Shown here in pieces: positions 51,116 to 64,000 of a stretch of 64,000 nucleotides of DNA. This DNA is from Eledone cirrhosa. Its lineage: Eukaryota. The position numbers and the translations under genes were made by a program. Each line of letters begins with the position of its first letter. Position 1 is the first letter of the stretch. Under the pieces are notes generated by a model. That model did not search any database. It had not been told where the DNA came from and saw nothing but the letters and a program-made list of their open reading frames with translations. The DNA lies in assembly GCA_964016885.1 (NCBI GenBank), contig CAXHJY010001472.1:1-64000 (forward strand), read 5' to 3'.

Positions 51116-51931
51116 GAAGTGACAGTTACGGACGAGGAAGGAAGTGAGCTAGCAGATTAGTGAGTGAAAATAAGAGAAAGCCAGAAACATACATATATAT
51201 ATATATATATATACATACATATAAATATATGCATATATACACATATATACATACATATAAATATATACATATATACATATATATGGTGGTTGCCAACTCT
51301 TTTTCGAGTACGGCCCCTACTTTATATTCATGTAGGAGAACCCCTACCGATGGGCTGAACGAGTGTGACGTTTTAGTCCAGCCAGTGACTTGAAAACTCT
51401 GGTACAAACACTACACTTGTGACAATTATTGACAGTGCTAGGCCCATGGTTCCATGTGACGACAAGTGCAGAGAGATCTCCAGATATAAAGCAATGCCTG
51501 TGCTGTGAAGCTTTTATAGTGAGCAAAGGCACTGCACAAAGCCAGTCCCACTCTCTTAACCAAGATGATATTTACCAAAAAGAAAAACAAGTCAACATCA
51601 TTGGATACCATCAGGGTTGCAGGTGTTGTATCAGAGTTTTCCTTCTCCTAGAATTCTGCCTTGACACAGGCTAAGGGGTCATCTCTCCCGGTGATTTTGG
51701 ATGGCCATTGACTCTTAAGAGCTCCTTTGCCCTTTGACAGGTTTTGTTTTTAGTCCTGCAGGATGTCCAAAGTCACCCTCCTCACCAAGAAACCTTAGTG
51801 GGGTTGCCAGTTTAGTCGCCAACGACCCGACCAGGAGACAGGTTGTACTGGGATACATGTTACCAGTAGCACCAACTGGTGACCTGACATAATATATATG
51901 TATGTACATATATATCTATACACAAACACAA

Positions 51932-54521
51932 GTGAGATGCGCGATGCTGCATGGTAGTGAGACATGGACAGCAACTGCAGAGGGTATGCGATGGCTGGAG
52001 AGAAATGAAGCAAGCACGCTCCGTTGGATGTGCAATGTCAATGTGCGGGAACGACCAAGCATAAACGAGTTGAGAGAGAAACTGTGTTTAAGAGGGATAA
52101 GTTGTGGTGTGCAAGAGAGGACTGAGATGGTATGGACATGTGATGCGCATGGAGGTTGAGCGCTGGGTAAAGAAGGGAGACGCAGTAGAGGAAGACCACG
52201 AAAAACATGGGTGGAGGTGGTGAGAGCCGACTTCAGATCGCTGAAACTCACCAAGGAGATGACGAAGGACCGTGACAAGTGAAGAGATGCTTTGCTCAAG
52301 AGGACCTGTCCCACCCTTTCAAGCAGGGAAAAGCGGACGTAAAATGATGAACAGACGATGATAATGATGCTCTCTATATATCTATCTCTCTATCAATCTA
52401 TCCAGATATCTGTGCATCAGTCTATCTATAAACACCCTCCTGCACTTCTCACTCCGTCTCAGGATCACCGAGACATCACCAACAACCAACCCACGCTGTG
52501 GGAAACAGTCCTCCCCGGGGCACACCCTGGTACTTCACACCATCTGTCTGTCTCGCTGCCTAACTACCGAGAAATCCGGCTTCTGTGCTTGCCTAATTTG
52601 TAGGTTATTAGGCAGTTGGCAGGTTTGCGGAAGTTGGTTTTGCAAATGGTTAAAACACTTGCATCACAAAATTCAAATAGCATCACTCCTTGTTTTATCT
52701 TTCTCGTCTTTACCTAGGCCTGCATAAGTTAGTGTTACGGTTAGTATTACTGTTAGCGTTACGGCTAGTTTTAGGGTTAATTGAGAGCAAGAAACTGCTG
52801 CTAGGTAAAGACAAGAAATTCTGCATTTACAAGCAATTTTTACAAACAGCCACAATGACAGGACGGAGACATCGTTATGCTAGCAGGGGATTTCAATGGT
52901 CATGTTGGACAGCTCTACGATGGTTACACTGAGGTACATGTTGGGCACACTTACGGCTTAAGAAATGAAGCAGTGAAACTTCTTGAATTTTGCGATGCAA
53001 TTGCACTAACCATCTACAACACTAACTTACACAAATCTGCCAACCACCTAATAACCTACAAATCAGGCAAGCACATAAGCCAGATTGACTTCTTGCTAGT
53101 TAGGCAGCGGGACAGGCAGATGGTGTCAAATACAAAGGCATACCCCGGGGAAGAATGTACCCCAAGCAAGAGACTGAATGAGACATACAGGAAGGTGTGG
53201 AAAAAAGAAAGGTCTGGAAGCTAAAAGAGCTCTCACTAAAATACAAATTTAGGAAAGCCCTTCAATATGTGTATGATGAAAAAGAAGACCATTTAGAGTC
53301 GTACAACATAGATGATAACTGGAATTTCTTATGCGATACCTTACTGCAGGTTACTGATGAAACTTGTGGCTGGATCAGAGTTCCAACCAGACAGAGAGTG
53401 ACATGGTGGTGGGACAGCACGGTAGATCGGGCCATTGGAGACTAAAGACTAGCATGGAATGCTTGCAAAATTAGTGCGAGTAGAGAAGAATATACAGCCG
53501 CTAAGAGAGAAGCTTGACGTCAGGTGTACTTAGCATGCAAGGAGGCTGCTCGACGACGTGCGCTGTTCCGTACTGCGAGGCAGTGTGTCAGTGCAAATCG
53601 GGATTAAGTCTGTCCGCAATGATGCCGCTGTACTTTGTGTCACGAATGAGTGTTGATGAGTAGAAAAGAGGACAAAACTCTATTCCGTCAGGGAAATGGC
53701 CATGTTCGATATGCAGAAACGGAACTGGCATAAATTATATAAAACGTACACAAAAGATCGAGTGCGATAGCAGGCACGTAGTGGGATAGCAGGCAAACTA
53801 ACAGCATATTTTGATTATAATAAAACAAATAATAATAGTAATAATAATAATAATAATAATCGTCATTGTTCTTTTCTTCTGTGCCTTTCTTTGCCTTCTC
53901 TGTCATCTGAATAACAAAAATAAAAGAAAAAAGAATCTTAAACATATGTTGCCTTTACAAAGTGCTGTGATCAAAGTAGCTTTTAAGCAATTTCCTAACT
54001 AACAAACAACATCAACAAAATATATACAAATATCTTTGAATGTCAAGTCCACCAAGAGAAAATAGTCATAATGTACTTACAGATACAATGCTAGGGACTC
54101 GCATCAATGAGTTTTAGTAGAAAATGACTGACTGACTGTTGAGGGACAGAGGTGTGTTTTCAAATATTTATCAATTCACAACAAAGCCTCACAAAGCTAC
54201 ATCATAATGCAAACTCACAACACCCTTCTTATGCAACCTCACCAAGCAACCCCACAACACAACCTCACGTTCACAATTCACAACACTCAACAAGGCATTC
54301 GTTATCTAGGGTTTACAGTAAACATAGCGAGGTAAAACACACCCAGTACACTCTGTAAAGTGGTCATTAGGTTAAGATTAAACTGAAATCATACCTCCAT
54401 TGTCGTTGGCGTATATTTTCTCTAAAACTTAATTTCATTGCTTTCATTTCTCTTCTTTTTCTTCTATTCCATCTAAATATGAAAAAAATTATACAGGTCA
54501 TTTCGTCTTATCAAGAGGTCC

Positions 54522-54563
<42 letters not shown>

Positions 54564-54792
54564 CGAGATAATACCTTAAAATAATGGTAAAAAAAGTGTT
54601 TAATTACGAAAATCCTTTGAAATAACTTCCTCGCTCTTACTGGTCATACCTGCAAAACACAAAACACTAGCGTTAGCGTGAACAGTGCAGTGCAGTGCAG
54701 TGCAGTGCAGTGCAATTTAGTATGGTGCAGTTTAGTGGCACAGTACACTGTAAAACATTTAGCCAATCTCTCAGACATTTACAAATCTTTCA

Positions 54793-54826
<34 letters not shown>

Positions 54827-57800
54827 GAGAGAGAGAAATTACCCTCAGTAGATCAGACAGAGGGACCAGCTATTGAGATTAACGAATATAGGGTCCAAGA
54901 GGCGATTAAGGAAATGAAAAATGGTGAGGCTGCTGGACCATCGGAGATAGTTGCTGAGATGCTGAAGGCCTCAGGGGACGTAGGCACTAAACTGGTTGCA
55001 CACATCATCAATCAGGCTATATATGGCAGTGTCATACCCAAAGACTAGTGCAAAAGTAAAGGGGACGCTCTTGAGAGGAGAAATTATAGGGATATAAAAC
55101 TGATGGATCAGGTTATGAAAGTGGCAGAAAGGATATTAGCACAACTAATTAGAGAAAGGGTCAAACTAGATGAGATGCAGTTTGGTTTTGTGCCTGGGAA
55201 TAGTACAACAGATGCCCTCTTCTTGATGAGACAATTACAAGAGAGGTTCTTAGAGAAAAATAAGCCACTATACTTAGCCTTTGTTGACCTAGAGAAGGCC
55301 TTTGATAGGGTACGCCGATCTGTCATCTTATTATTTAACCTATAAATGGGGCCCCAACAGGTACTACTACACCAGGCCAGAGCAGACCTGGGAGTTATGA
55401 CAACTAAGGGGGTAACTCCACGTTCCCCACAGTTCCTCCTGAACTTGAGCCTTGCCACTGGATGTAGTTTAATGTCATACCCAGGACAAATATATACATA
55501 CATATATATATACATACACACATATATATATATATATATACATATATACAAATATATATATGCGTACGAAAGTGTGGTTACATGATGCCTATGCGAGATG
55601 TGCGACCCTGCATGGTAGTGAGACATGGACAGCAACTGCAGAGGGTATGCGATGGCTGGAGAGAAATGAAGCAAGCACGCTCCGTTGGATGTGCAATGTC
55701 AATGTGCGGGAACGACCAAGCATAAACGAGTTGAGAGAGAAACTGTGTTTAAGAGGGATAAGTTGTGGTGTGCAAGAGAGGACTGAGATGGTATGGACAT
55801 GTGATGCGCATGGAGGTTGAGCGCTGGGTAAAGAAGGGAGACGCAGTAGAGGAAGACCACGAAAAACATGGGTGGAGGTGGTGAGAGCCGACTTCAGATC
55901 GCTGAAACTCACCAAGGAGATGACGAAGGACCGTGACAAGTGAAGAGATGCTTTGCTCAAGAGGACCTGTCCCACCCTTTCAAGCAGGGAAAAGCGGACG
56001 TAAAATGATGAACAGACGATGATAATGATGCTCTCTATATATCTATCTCTCTATCAATCTATCCAGATATCTGTGCATCAGTCTATCTATAAACACCCTC
56101 CTGCACTTCTCACTCCGTCTCAGGATCACCGAGACATCACCAACAACCAACCCATGCTGTGGGAAACAGTCCTCCCCGGGGCACACCCTGGTACTTCACA
56201 CCATCTGTCTGTCTCGCTGCCTAACTACCGAGAAATCCGGCTTCTGTGCTTGCCTAATTTGTAGGTTATTAGGCAGTTGGCAGGTTTGCGGAAGTTGGTT
56301 TTGCAAATGGTTAAAACACTTGCATCACAAAATTCAAATAGCATCACTCCTTGTTTTATCTTTCTCGTCTTTACCTAGGCCTGCATAAGTTAGTGTTACG
56401 GTTAGTATTACTGTTAGCGTTACGGCTAGTTTTAGGGTTAATTGAGAGCAAGAAACTGCTGCTAGGTAAAGACAAGAAATTCTGCATTTACAAGCAATTT
56501 TTACAAACAGCCACAATGACAGGACGGAGACATCGTTATGCTAGCAGGGGATTTCAATGGTCATGTTGGACAGCTCTACGATGGTTACACTGAGGTACAT
56601 GTTGGGCACACTTACGGCTTAAGAAATGAAGCAGTGAAACTTCTTGAATTTTGCGATGCAATTGCACTAACCATCTACAACACTAACTTACACAAATCTG
56701 CCAACCACCTAATAACCTACAAATCAGGCAAGCACATAAGCCAGATTGACTTCTTGCTAGTTAGGCAGCGGGACAGGCAGATGGTGTCAAATACAAAGGC
56801 ATACCCCGGGGAAGAATGTACCCCAAGCAAGAGACTGAATGAGACATACAGGAAGGTGTGGAAAAAAGAAAGGTCTGGAAGCTAAAAGAGCTCTCACTAA
56901 AATACAAATTTAGGAAAGCCCTTCAATATGTGTATGATGAAAAAGAAGACCATTTAGAGTCGTACAACATAGATGATAACTGGAATTTCTTATGCGATAC
57001 CTTACTGCAGGTTACTGATGAAACTTGTGGCTGGATCAGAGTTCCAACCAGACAGAGAGTGACATGGTGGTGGGACAGCACGGTAGATCGGGCCATTGGA
57101 GACTAAAGACTAGCATGGAATGCTTGCAAAATTAGTGCGAGTAGAGAAGAATATACAGCCGCTAAGAGAGAAGCTTGACGTCAGGTGTACTTAGCATGCA
57201 AGGAGGCTGCTCGACGACGTGCGCTGTTCCGTACTGCGAGGCAGTGTGTCAGTGCAAATCGGGATTAAGTCTGTCCGCAATGATGCCGCTGTACTTTGTG
57301 TCACGAATGAGTGTTGATGAGTAGAAAAGAGGACAAAACTCTATTCCGTCAGGGAAATGGCCATGTTCGATATGCAGAAACGGAACTGGCATAAATTATA
57401 TAAAACGTACACAAAAGATCGAGTGCGATAGCAGGCACGTAGTGGGATAGCAGGCAAACTAACAGCATATTTTGATTATAATAAAACAAATAATAATAGT
57501 AATAATAATAATAATAATAATCGTCATTGTTCTTTTCTTCTGTGCCTTTCTTTGCCTTCTCTGTCATCTGAATAACAAAAATAAAAGAAAAAAGAATCTT
57601 AAACATATGTTGCCTTTACAAAGTGCTGTGATCAAAGTAGCTTTTAAGCAATTTCCTAACTAACAAACAACATCAACAAAATATATACAAATATCTTTGA
57701 ATGTCAAGTCCACCAAGAGAAAATAGTCATAATGTACTTACAGATACAATGCTAGGGACTCGCATCAATGAGTTTTAGTAGAAAATGACTGACTGACTGT

Positions 57801-58182
57801 TGAGGGACAGAGGTGTGTTTTCAAATATTTATCAATTCACAACAAAGCCTCACAAAGCTACATCATAATGCAAACTCACAACACCCTTCTTATGCAACCT
57901 CACCAAGCAACCCCACAACACAACCTCACGTTCACAATTCACAACACTCAACAAGGCATTCGTTATCTAGGGTTTACAGTAAACATAGCGAGGTAAAACA
58001 CACCCAGTACACTCTGTAAAGTGGTCATTAGGTTAAGATTAAACTGAAATCATACCTCCATTGTCGTTGGCGTATATTTTCTCTAAAACTTAATTTCATT
58101 GCTTTCATTTCTCTTCTTTTTCTTCTATTCCATCTAAATATGAAAAAAATTATACAGGTCATTTCGTCTTATCAAGAGGTCC

Positions 58183-58228
<46 letters not shown>

Positions 58229-58457
58229 CGAGATAATACCTTAAAATAATGGTAAAAAAAGTGTTTAATTACGAAAATCCTTTGAAATAACTTCCTCGCT
58301 CTTACTGGTCATACCTGCAAAACACAAAACACTAGCGTTAGCGTGAACAGTGCAGTGCAGTGCAGTGCAGTGCAGTGCAATTTAGTATGGTGCAGTTTAG
58401 TGGCACAGTACACTGTAAAACATTTAGCCAATCTCTCAGACATTTACAAATCTTTCA

Positions 58458-58491
<34 letters not shown>

Positions 58492-61400
58492 GAGAGAGAG
58501 AAATTACCCTCAGTAGATCAGACAGAGGGACCAGCTATTGAGATTAACGAATATAGGGTCCAAGAGGCGATTAAGGAAATGAAAAATGGTGAGGCTGCTG
58601 GACCATCGGAGATAGTTGCTGAGATGCTGAAGGCCTCAGGGGACGTAGGCACTAAACTGGTTGCACACATCATCAATCAGGCTATATATGGCAGTGTCAT
58701 ACCCAAAGACTAGTGCAAAAGTAAAGGGGACGCTCTTGAGAGGAGAAATTATAGGGATATAAAACTGATGGATCAGGTTATGAAAGTGGCAGAAAGGATA
58801 TTAGCACAACTAATTAGAGAAAGGGTCAAACTAGATGAGATGCAGTTTGGTTTTGTGCCTGGGAATAGTACAACAGATGCCCTCTTCTTGATGAGACAAT
58901 TACAAGAGAGGTTCTTAGAGAAAAATAAGCCACTATACTTAGCCTTTGTTGACCTAGAGAAGGCCTTTGATAGGGTACGCCGATCTGTCATCTTATTATT
59001 TAACCTATAAATGGGGCCCCAACAGGTACTACTACACCAGGCCAGAGCAGACCTGGGAGTTATGACAACTAAGGGGGTAACTCCACGTTCCCCACAGTTC
59101 CTCCTGAACTTGAGCCTTGCCACTGGATGTAGTTTAATGTCATACCCAGGACAAATATATACATACATATATATATACATACACACATATATATATATAT
59201 ATATACATATATACAAATATATATATGCGTACGAAAGTGTGGTTACATGATGCCTATGCGAGATGTGCGACCCTGCATGGTAGTGAGACATGGACAGCAA
59301 CTGCAGAGGGTATGCGATGGCTGGAGAGAAATGAAGCAAGCACGCTCCGTTGGATGTGCAATGTCAATGTGCGGGAACGACCAAGCATAAACGAGTTGAG
59401 AGAGAAACTGTGTTTAAGAGGGATAAGTTGTGGTGTGCAAGAGAGGACTGAGATGGTATGGACATGTGATGCGCATGGAGGTTGAGCGCTGGGTAAAGAA
59501 GGGAGACGCAGTAGAGGAAGACCACGAAAAACATGGGTGGAGGTGGTGAGAGCCGACTTCAGATCGCTGAAACTCACCAAGGAGATGACGAAGGACCGTG
59601 ACAAGTGAAGAGATGCTTTGCTCAAGAGGACCTGTCCCACCCTTTCAAGCAGGGAAAAGCGGACGTAAAATGATGAACAGACGATGATAATGATGCTCTC
59701 TATATATCTATCTCTCTATCAATCTATCCAGATATCTGTGCATCAGTCTATCTATAAACACCCTCCTGCACTTCTCACTCCGTCTCAGGATCACCGAGAC
59801 ATCACCAACAACCAACCCATGCTGTGGGAAACAGTCCTCCCCGGGGCACACCCTGGTACTTCACACCATCTGTCTGTCTCGCTGCCTAACTACCGAGAAA
59901 TCCGGCTTCTGTGCTTGCCTAATTTGTAGGTTATTAGGCAGTTGGCAGGTTTGCGGAAGTTGGTTTTGCAAATGGTTAAAACACTTGCATCACAAAATTC
60001 AAATAGCATCACTCCTTGTTTTATCTTTCTCGTCTTTACCTAGGCCTGCATAAGTTAGTGTTACGGTTAGTATTACTGTTAGCGTTACGGCTAGTTTTAG
60101 GGTTAATTGAGAGCAAGAAACTGCTGCTAGGTAAAGACAAGAAATTCTGCATTTACAAGCAATTTTTACAAACAGCCACAATGACAGGACGGAGACATCG
60201 TTATGCTAGCAGGGGATTTCAATGGTCATGTTGGACAGCTCTACGATGGTTACACTGAGGTACATGTTGGGCACACTTACGGCTTAAGAAATGAAGCAGT
60301 GAAACTTCTTGAATTTTGCGATGCAATTGCACTAACCATCTACAACACTAACTTACACAAATCTGCCAACCACCTAATAACCTACAAATCAGGCAAGCAC
60401 ATAAGCCAGATTGACTTCTTGCTAGTTAGGCAGCGGGACAGGCAGATGGTGTCAAATACAAAGGCATACCCCGGGGAAGAATGTACCCCAAGCAAGAGAC
60501 TGAATGAGACATACAGGAAGGTGTGGAAAAAAGAAAGGTCTGGAAGCTAAAAGAGCTCTCACTAAAATACAAATTTAGGAAAGCCCTTCAATATGTGTAT
60601 GATGAAAAAGAAGACCATTTAGAGTCGTACAACATAGATGATAACTGGAATTTCTTATGCGATACCTTACTGCAGGTTACTGATGAAACTTGTGGCTGGA
60701 TCAGAGTTCCAACCAGACAGAGAGTGACATGGTGGTGGGACAGCACGGTAGATCGGGCCATTGGAGACTAAAGACTAGCATGGAATGCTTGCAAAATTAG
60801 TGCGAGTAGAGAAGAATATACAGCCGCTAAGAGAGAAGCTTGACGTCAGGTGTACTTAGCATGCAAGGAGGCTGCTCGACGACGTGCGCTGTTCCGTACT
60901 GCGAGGCAGTGTGTCAGTGCAAATCGGGATTAAGTCTGTCCGCAATGATGCCGCTGTACTTTGTGTCACGAATGAGTGTTGATGAGTAGAAAAGAGGACA
61001 AAACTCTATTCCGTCAGGGAAATGGCCATGTTCGATATGCAGAAACGGAACTGGCATAAATTATATAAAACGTACACAAAAGATCGAGTGCGATAGCAGG
61101 CACGTAGTGGGATAGCAGGCAAACTAACAGCATATTTTGATTATAATAAAACAAATAATAATAGTAATAATAATAATAATAATAATCGTCATTGTTCTTT
61201 TCTTCTGTGCCTTTCTTTGCCTTCTCTGTCATCTGAATAACAAAAATAAAAGAAAAAAGAATCTTAAACATATGTTGCCTTTACAAAGTGCTGTGATCAA
61301 AGTAGCTTTTAAGCAATTTCCTAACTAACAAACAACATCAACAAAATATATACAAATATCTTTGAATGTCAAGTCCACCAAGAGAAAATAGTCATAATGT

Positions 61401-62105
61401 ACTTACAGATACAATGCTAGGGACTCGCATCAATGAGTTTTAGTAGAAAATGACTGACTGACTGTTGAGGGACAGAGGTGTGTTTTCAAATATTTATCAA
61501 TTCACAACAAAGCCTCACAAAGCTACATCATAATGCAAACTCACAACACCCTTCTTATGCAACCTCACCAAGCAACCCCACAACACAACCTCACGTTCAC
61601 AATTCACAACACTCAACAAGGCATTCGTTATCTAGGGTTTACAGTAAACATAGCGAGGTAAAACACACCCAGTACACTCTGTAAAGTGGTCATTAGGTTA
61701 AGATTAAACTGAAATCATACCTCCATTGTCGTTGGCGTATATTTTCTCTAAAACTTAATTTCATTGCTTTCATTTCTCTTCTTTTTCTTCTATTCCATCT
61801 AAATATGAAAAAAATTATACAGGTCATTTCGTCTTATCAAGAGGTCCATTTAAAAAAAAAAAAAAAAAAAAAAAACCGAGATAATACCTTAAAATAATGG
61901 TAAAAAAAGTGTTTAATTACGAAAATCCTTTGAAATAACTTCCTCGCTCTTACTGGTCATACCTGCAAAACACAAAACACTAGCGTTAGCGTGAACAGTG
62001 CAGTGCAGTGCAGTGCAGTGCAGTGCAATTTAGTATGGTGCAGTTTAGTGGCACAGTACACTGTAAAACATTTAGCCAATCTCTCAGACATTTACAAATC
62101 TTTCA

Positions 62106-62139
<34 letters not shown>

Positions 62140-64000
62140 GAGAGAGAGAAATTACCCTCAGTAGATCAGACAGAGGGACCAGCTATTGAGATTAACGAAT
62201 ATAGGGTCCAAGAGGCGATTAAGGAAATGAAAAATGGTGAGGCTGCTGGACCATCGGAGATAGTTGCTGAGATGCTGAAGGCCTCAGGGGACGTAGGCAC
62301 TAAACTGGTTGCACACATCATCAATCAGGCTATATATGGCAGTGTCATACCCAAAGACTAGTGCAAAAGTAAAGGGGACGCTCTTGAGAGGAGAAATTAT
62401 AGGGATATAAAACTGATGGATCAGGTTATGAAAGTGGCAGAAAGGATATTAGCACAACTAATTAGAGAAAGGGTCAAACTAGATGAGATGCAGTTTGGTT
62501 TTGTGCCTGGGAATAGTACAACAGATGCCCTCTTCTTGATGAGACAATTACAAGAGAGGTTCTTAGAGAAAAATAAGCCACTATACTTAGCCTTTGTTGA
62601 CCTAGAGAAGGCCTTTGATAGGGTACGCCGATCTGTCATCTTATTATTTAACCTATAAATGGGGCCCCAACAGGTACTACTACACCAGGCCAGAGCAGAC
62701 CTGGGAGTTATGACAACTAAGGGGGTAACTCCACGTTCCCCACAGTTCCTCCTGAACTTGAGCCTTGCCACTGGATGTAGTTTAATGTCATACCCAGGAC
62801 AAATATATACATACATATATATATACATACACACATATATATATATATATATATACATATATACAAATATATATATATGCGTACGAAAGTGTGGTTACAT
62901 GATGCCGATGCGAGATGTGCGACCCTGCATGGTAGTGAGACATGGACAGCAACTGCAGAGGGTATGCGATGGCTGGAGAGAAATGAAGCAAGCACGCTCC
63001 GTTGGATGTGCAATGTCAATGTGCGGGAACGACCAAGCATAAACGAGTTGAGAGAGAAACTGTGTTTAAGAGGGATAAGTTGTGGTGTGCAAGAGAGGAC
63101 TGAGATGGTATGGACATGTGATGCGCATGGAGGTTGAGCGCTGGGTAAAGAAGGGAGACGCAGTAGAGGAAGACCACGAAAAACATGGGTGGAGGTGGTG
63201 AGAGCCGACTTCAGATCGCTGAAACTCACCAAGGAGATGACGAAGGACCGTGACAAGTGAAGAGATGCTTTGCTCAAGAGGACCTGTCCCACCCTTTCAA
63301 GCAGGGAAAAGCGGACGTAAAATGATGAACAGACGATGATAATGATGCTCTCTATATATCTATCTCTCTATCAATCTATCCAGATATCTGTGCATCAGTC
63401 TATCTATAAACACCCTCCTGCACTTCTCACTCCGTCTCAGGATCACCGAGACATCACCAACAACCAACCCATGCTGTGGGAAACAGTCCTCCCCGGGGCA
63501 CACCCTGGTACTTCACACCATCTGTCTGTCTCGCTGCCTAACTACCGAGAAATCCGGCTTCTGTGCTTGCCTAATTTGTAGGTTATTAGGCAGTTGGCAG
63601 GTTTGCGGAAGTTGGTTTTGCAAATGGTTAAAACACTTGCATCACAAAATTCAAATAGCATCACTCCTTGTTTTATCTTTCTCGTCTTTACCTAGGCCTG
63701 CATAAGTTAGTGTTACGGTTAGTATTACTGTTAGCGTTACGGCTAGTTTTAGGGTTAATTGAGAGCAAGAAACTGCTGCTAGGTAAAGACAAGAAATTCT
63801 GCATTTACAAGCAATTTTTACAAACAGCCACAATGACAGGACGGAGACATCGTTATGCTAGCAGGGGATTTCAATGGTCATGTTGGACAGCTCTACGATG
63901 GTTACACTGAGGTACATGTTGGGCACACTTACGGCTTAAGAAATGAAGCAGTGAAACTTCTTGAATTTTGCGATGCAATTGCACTAACCATCTACAACAC
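51932..64000 (+). repeat. About 3.66 kb tandem macrosatellite (3.3 or more copies, runs off the window) built from a dead RTE LINE
   Basis: The same ORF recurs at 52358/56019/59684/63336 (periods 3661, 3665, 3652). Differences are mostly poly-A/TA length plus rare SNPs. Confidence 0.97.
52850..56010 (+). pseudogene. Internally deleted RTE LINE within the tandem unit (APE endonuclease, RT N-half, 3' end)
   Basis: LAGDFNGHVG...SQIDFLLVR (APE); KEMKNGEAAGPSEIVAEMLKA and QFGFVPGNSTTDALFLMRQLQERFLEKNKPLYLAFVDLEKAFDRV (RT); LHGSETW...RNEASTLRWMC; GRRSRGRPRKTW; ATG-rich tail. Repeated in each unit. Confidence 0.9.

Noticed and set aside
51932-64000. Active telomere-maintaining retrotransposon array (HeT-A/TART/SART-like)
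   Set aside because: The units have no intact ORF, share all inactivating lesions, lie 34 kb inside a canonical telomerase-type array and are RTE-derived.

Overview
Eukaryotic chromosome end, most likely a cephalopod such as an octopus. That is inferred from the TTAGGG telomere, dense (TA)n/(CA)n microsatellites, RTE and R4/Dong LINEs and a tRNA-like SINE family; it was not verified by search. Bases 1-18059 are telomeric: an inverted (TTAGGG)n block, a (CTTTAA)n block, a (CCCCA)n block, the correctly oriented (CCCTAA)n array and proximal (CCCCAA)n variants. The distal three blocks are probably long-read artefacts, though a telomere-telomere fusion is possible. The subtelomere (18060-64000) has no intact host gene that I can support. 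It is a mosaic of dead mobile elements (RTE, R4/Dong and Tx1/L1 LINE fragments, Helitrons, SINEs with TSDs, a TIR element), a 4.3-5 kb duplicon and a near-identical 3.66 kb tandem array built from a dead RTE LINE. The most notable signals are two type I hammerhead ribozymes with complete catalytic cores on the minus strand (44263-44342 and 46952-47039). They sit in Penelope-pLTR/retrozyme-like repeats and share an upstream TATA-containing palindrome. Other highlights: the telomere abuts a SINE 3' tail, each 3.66 kb unit carries a degenerate telomere-like tract, and an unidentified multi-copy decayed coding-like family lies on the minus strand.
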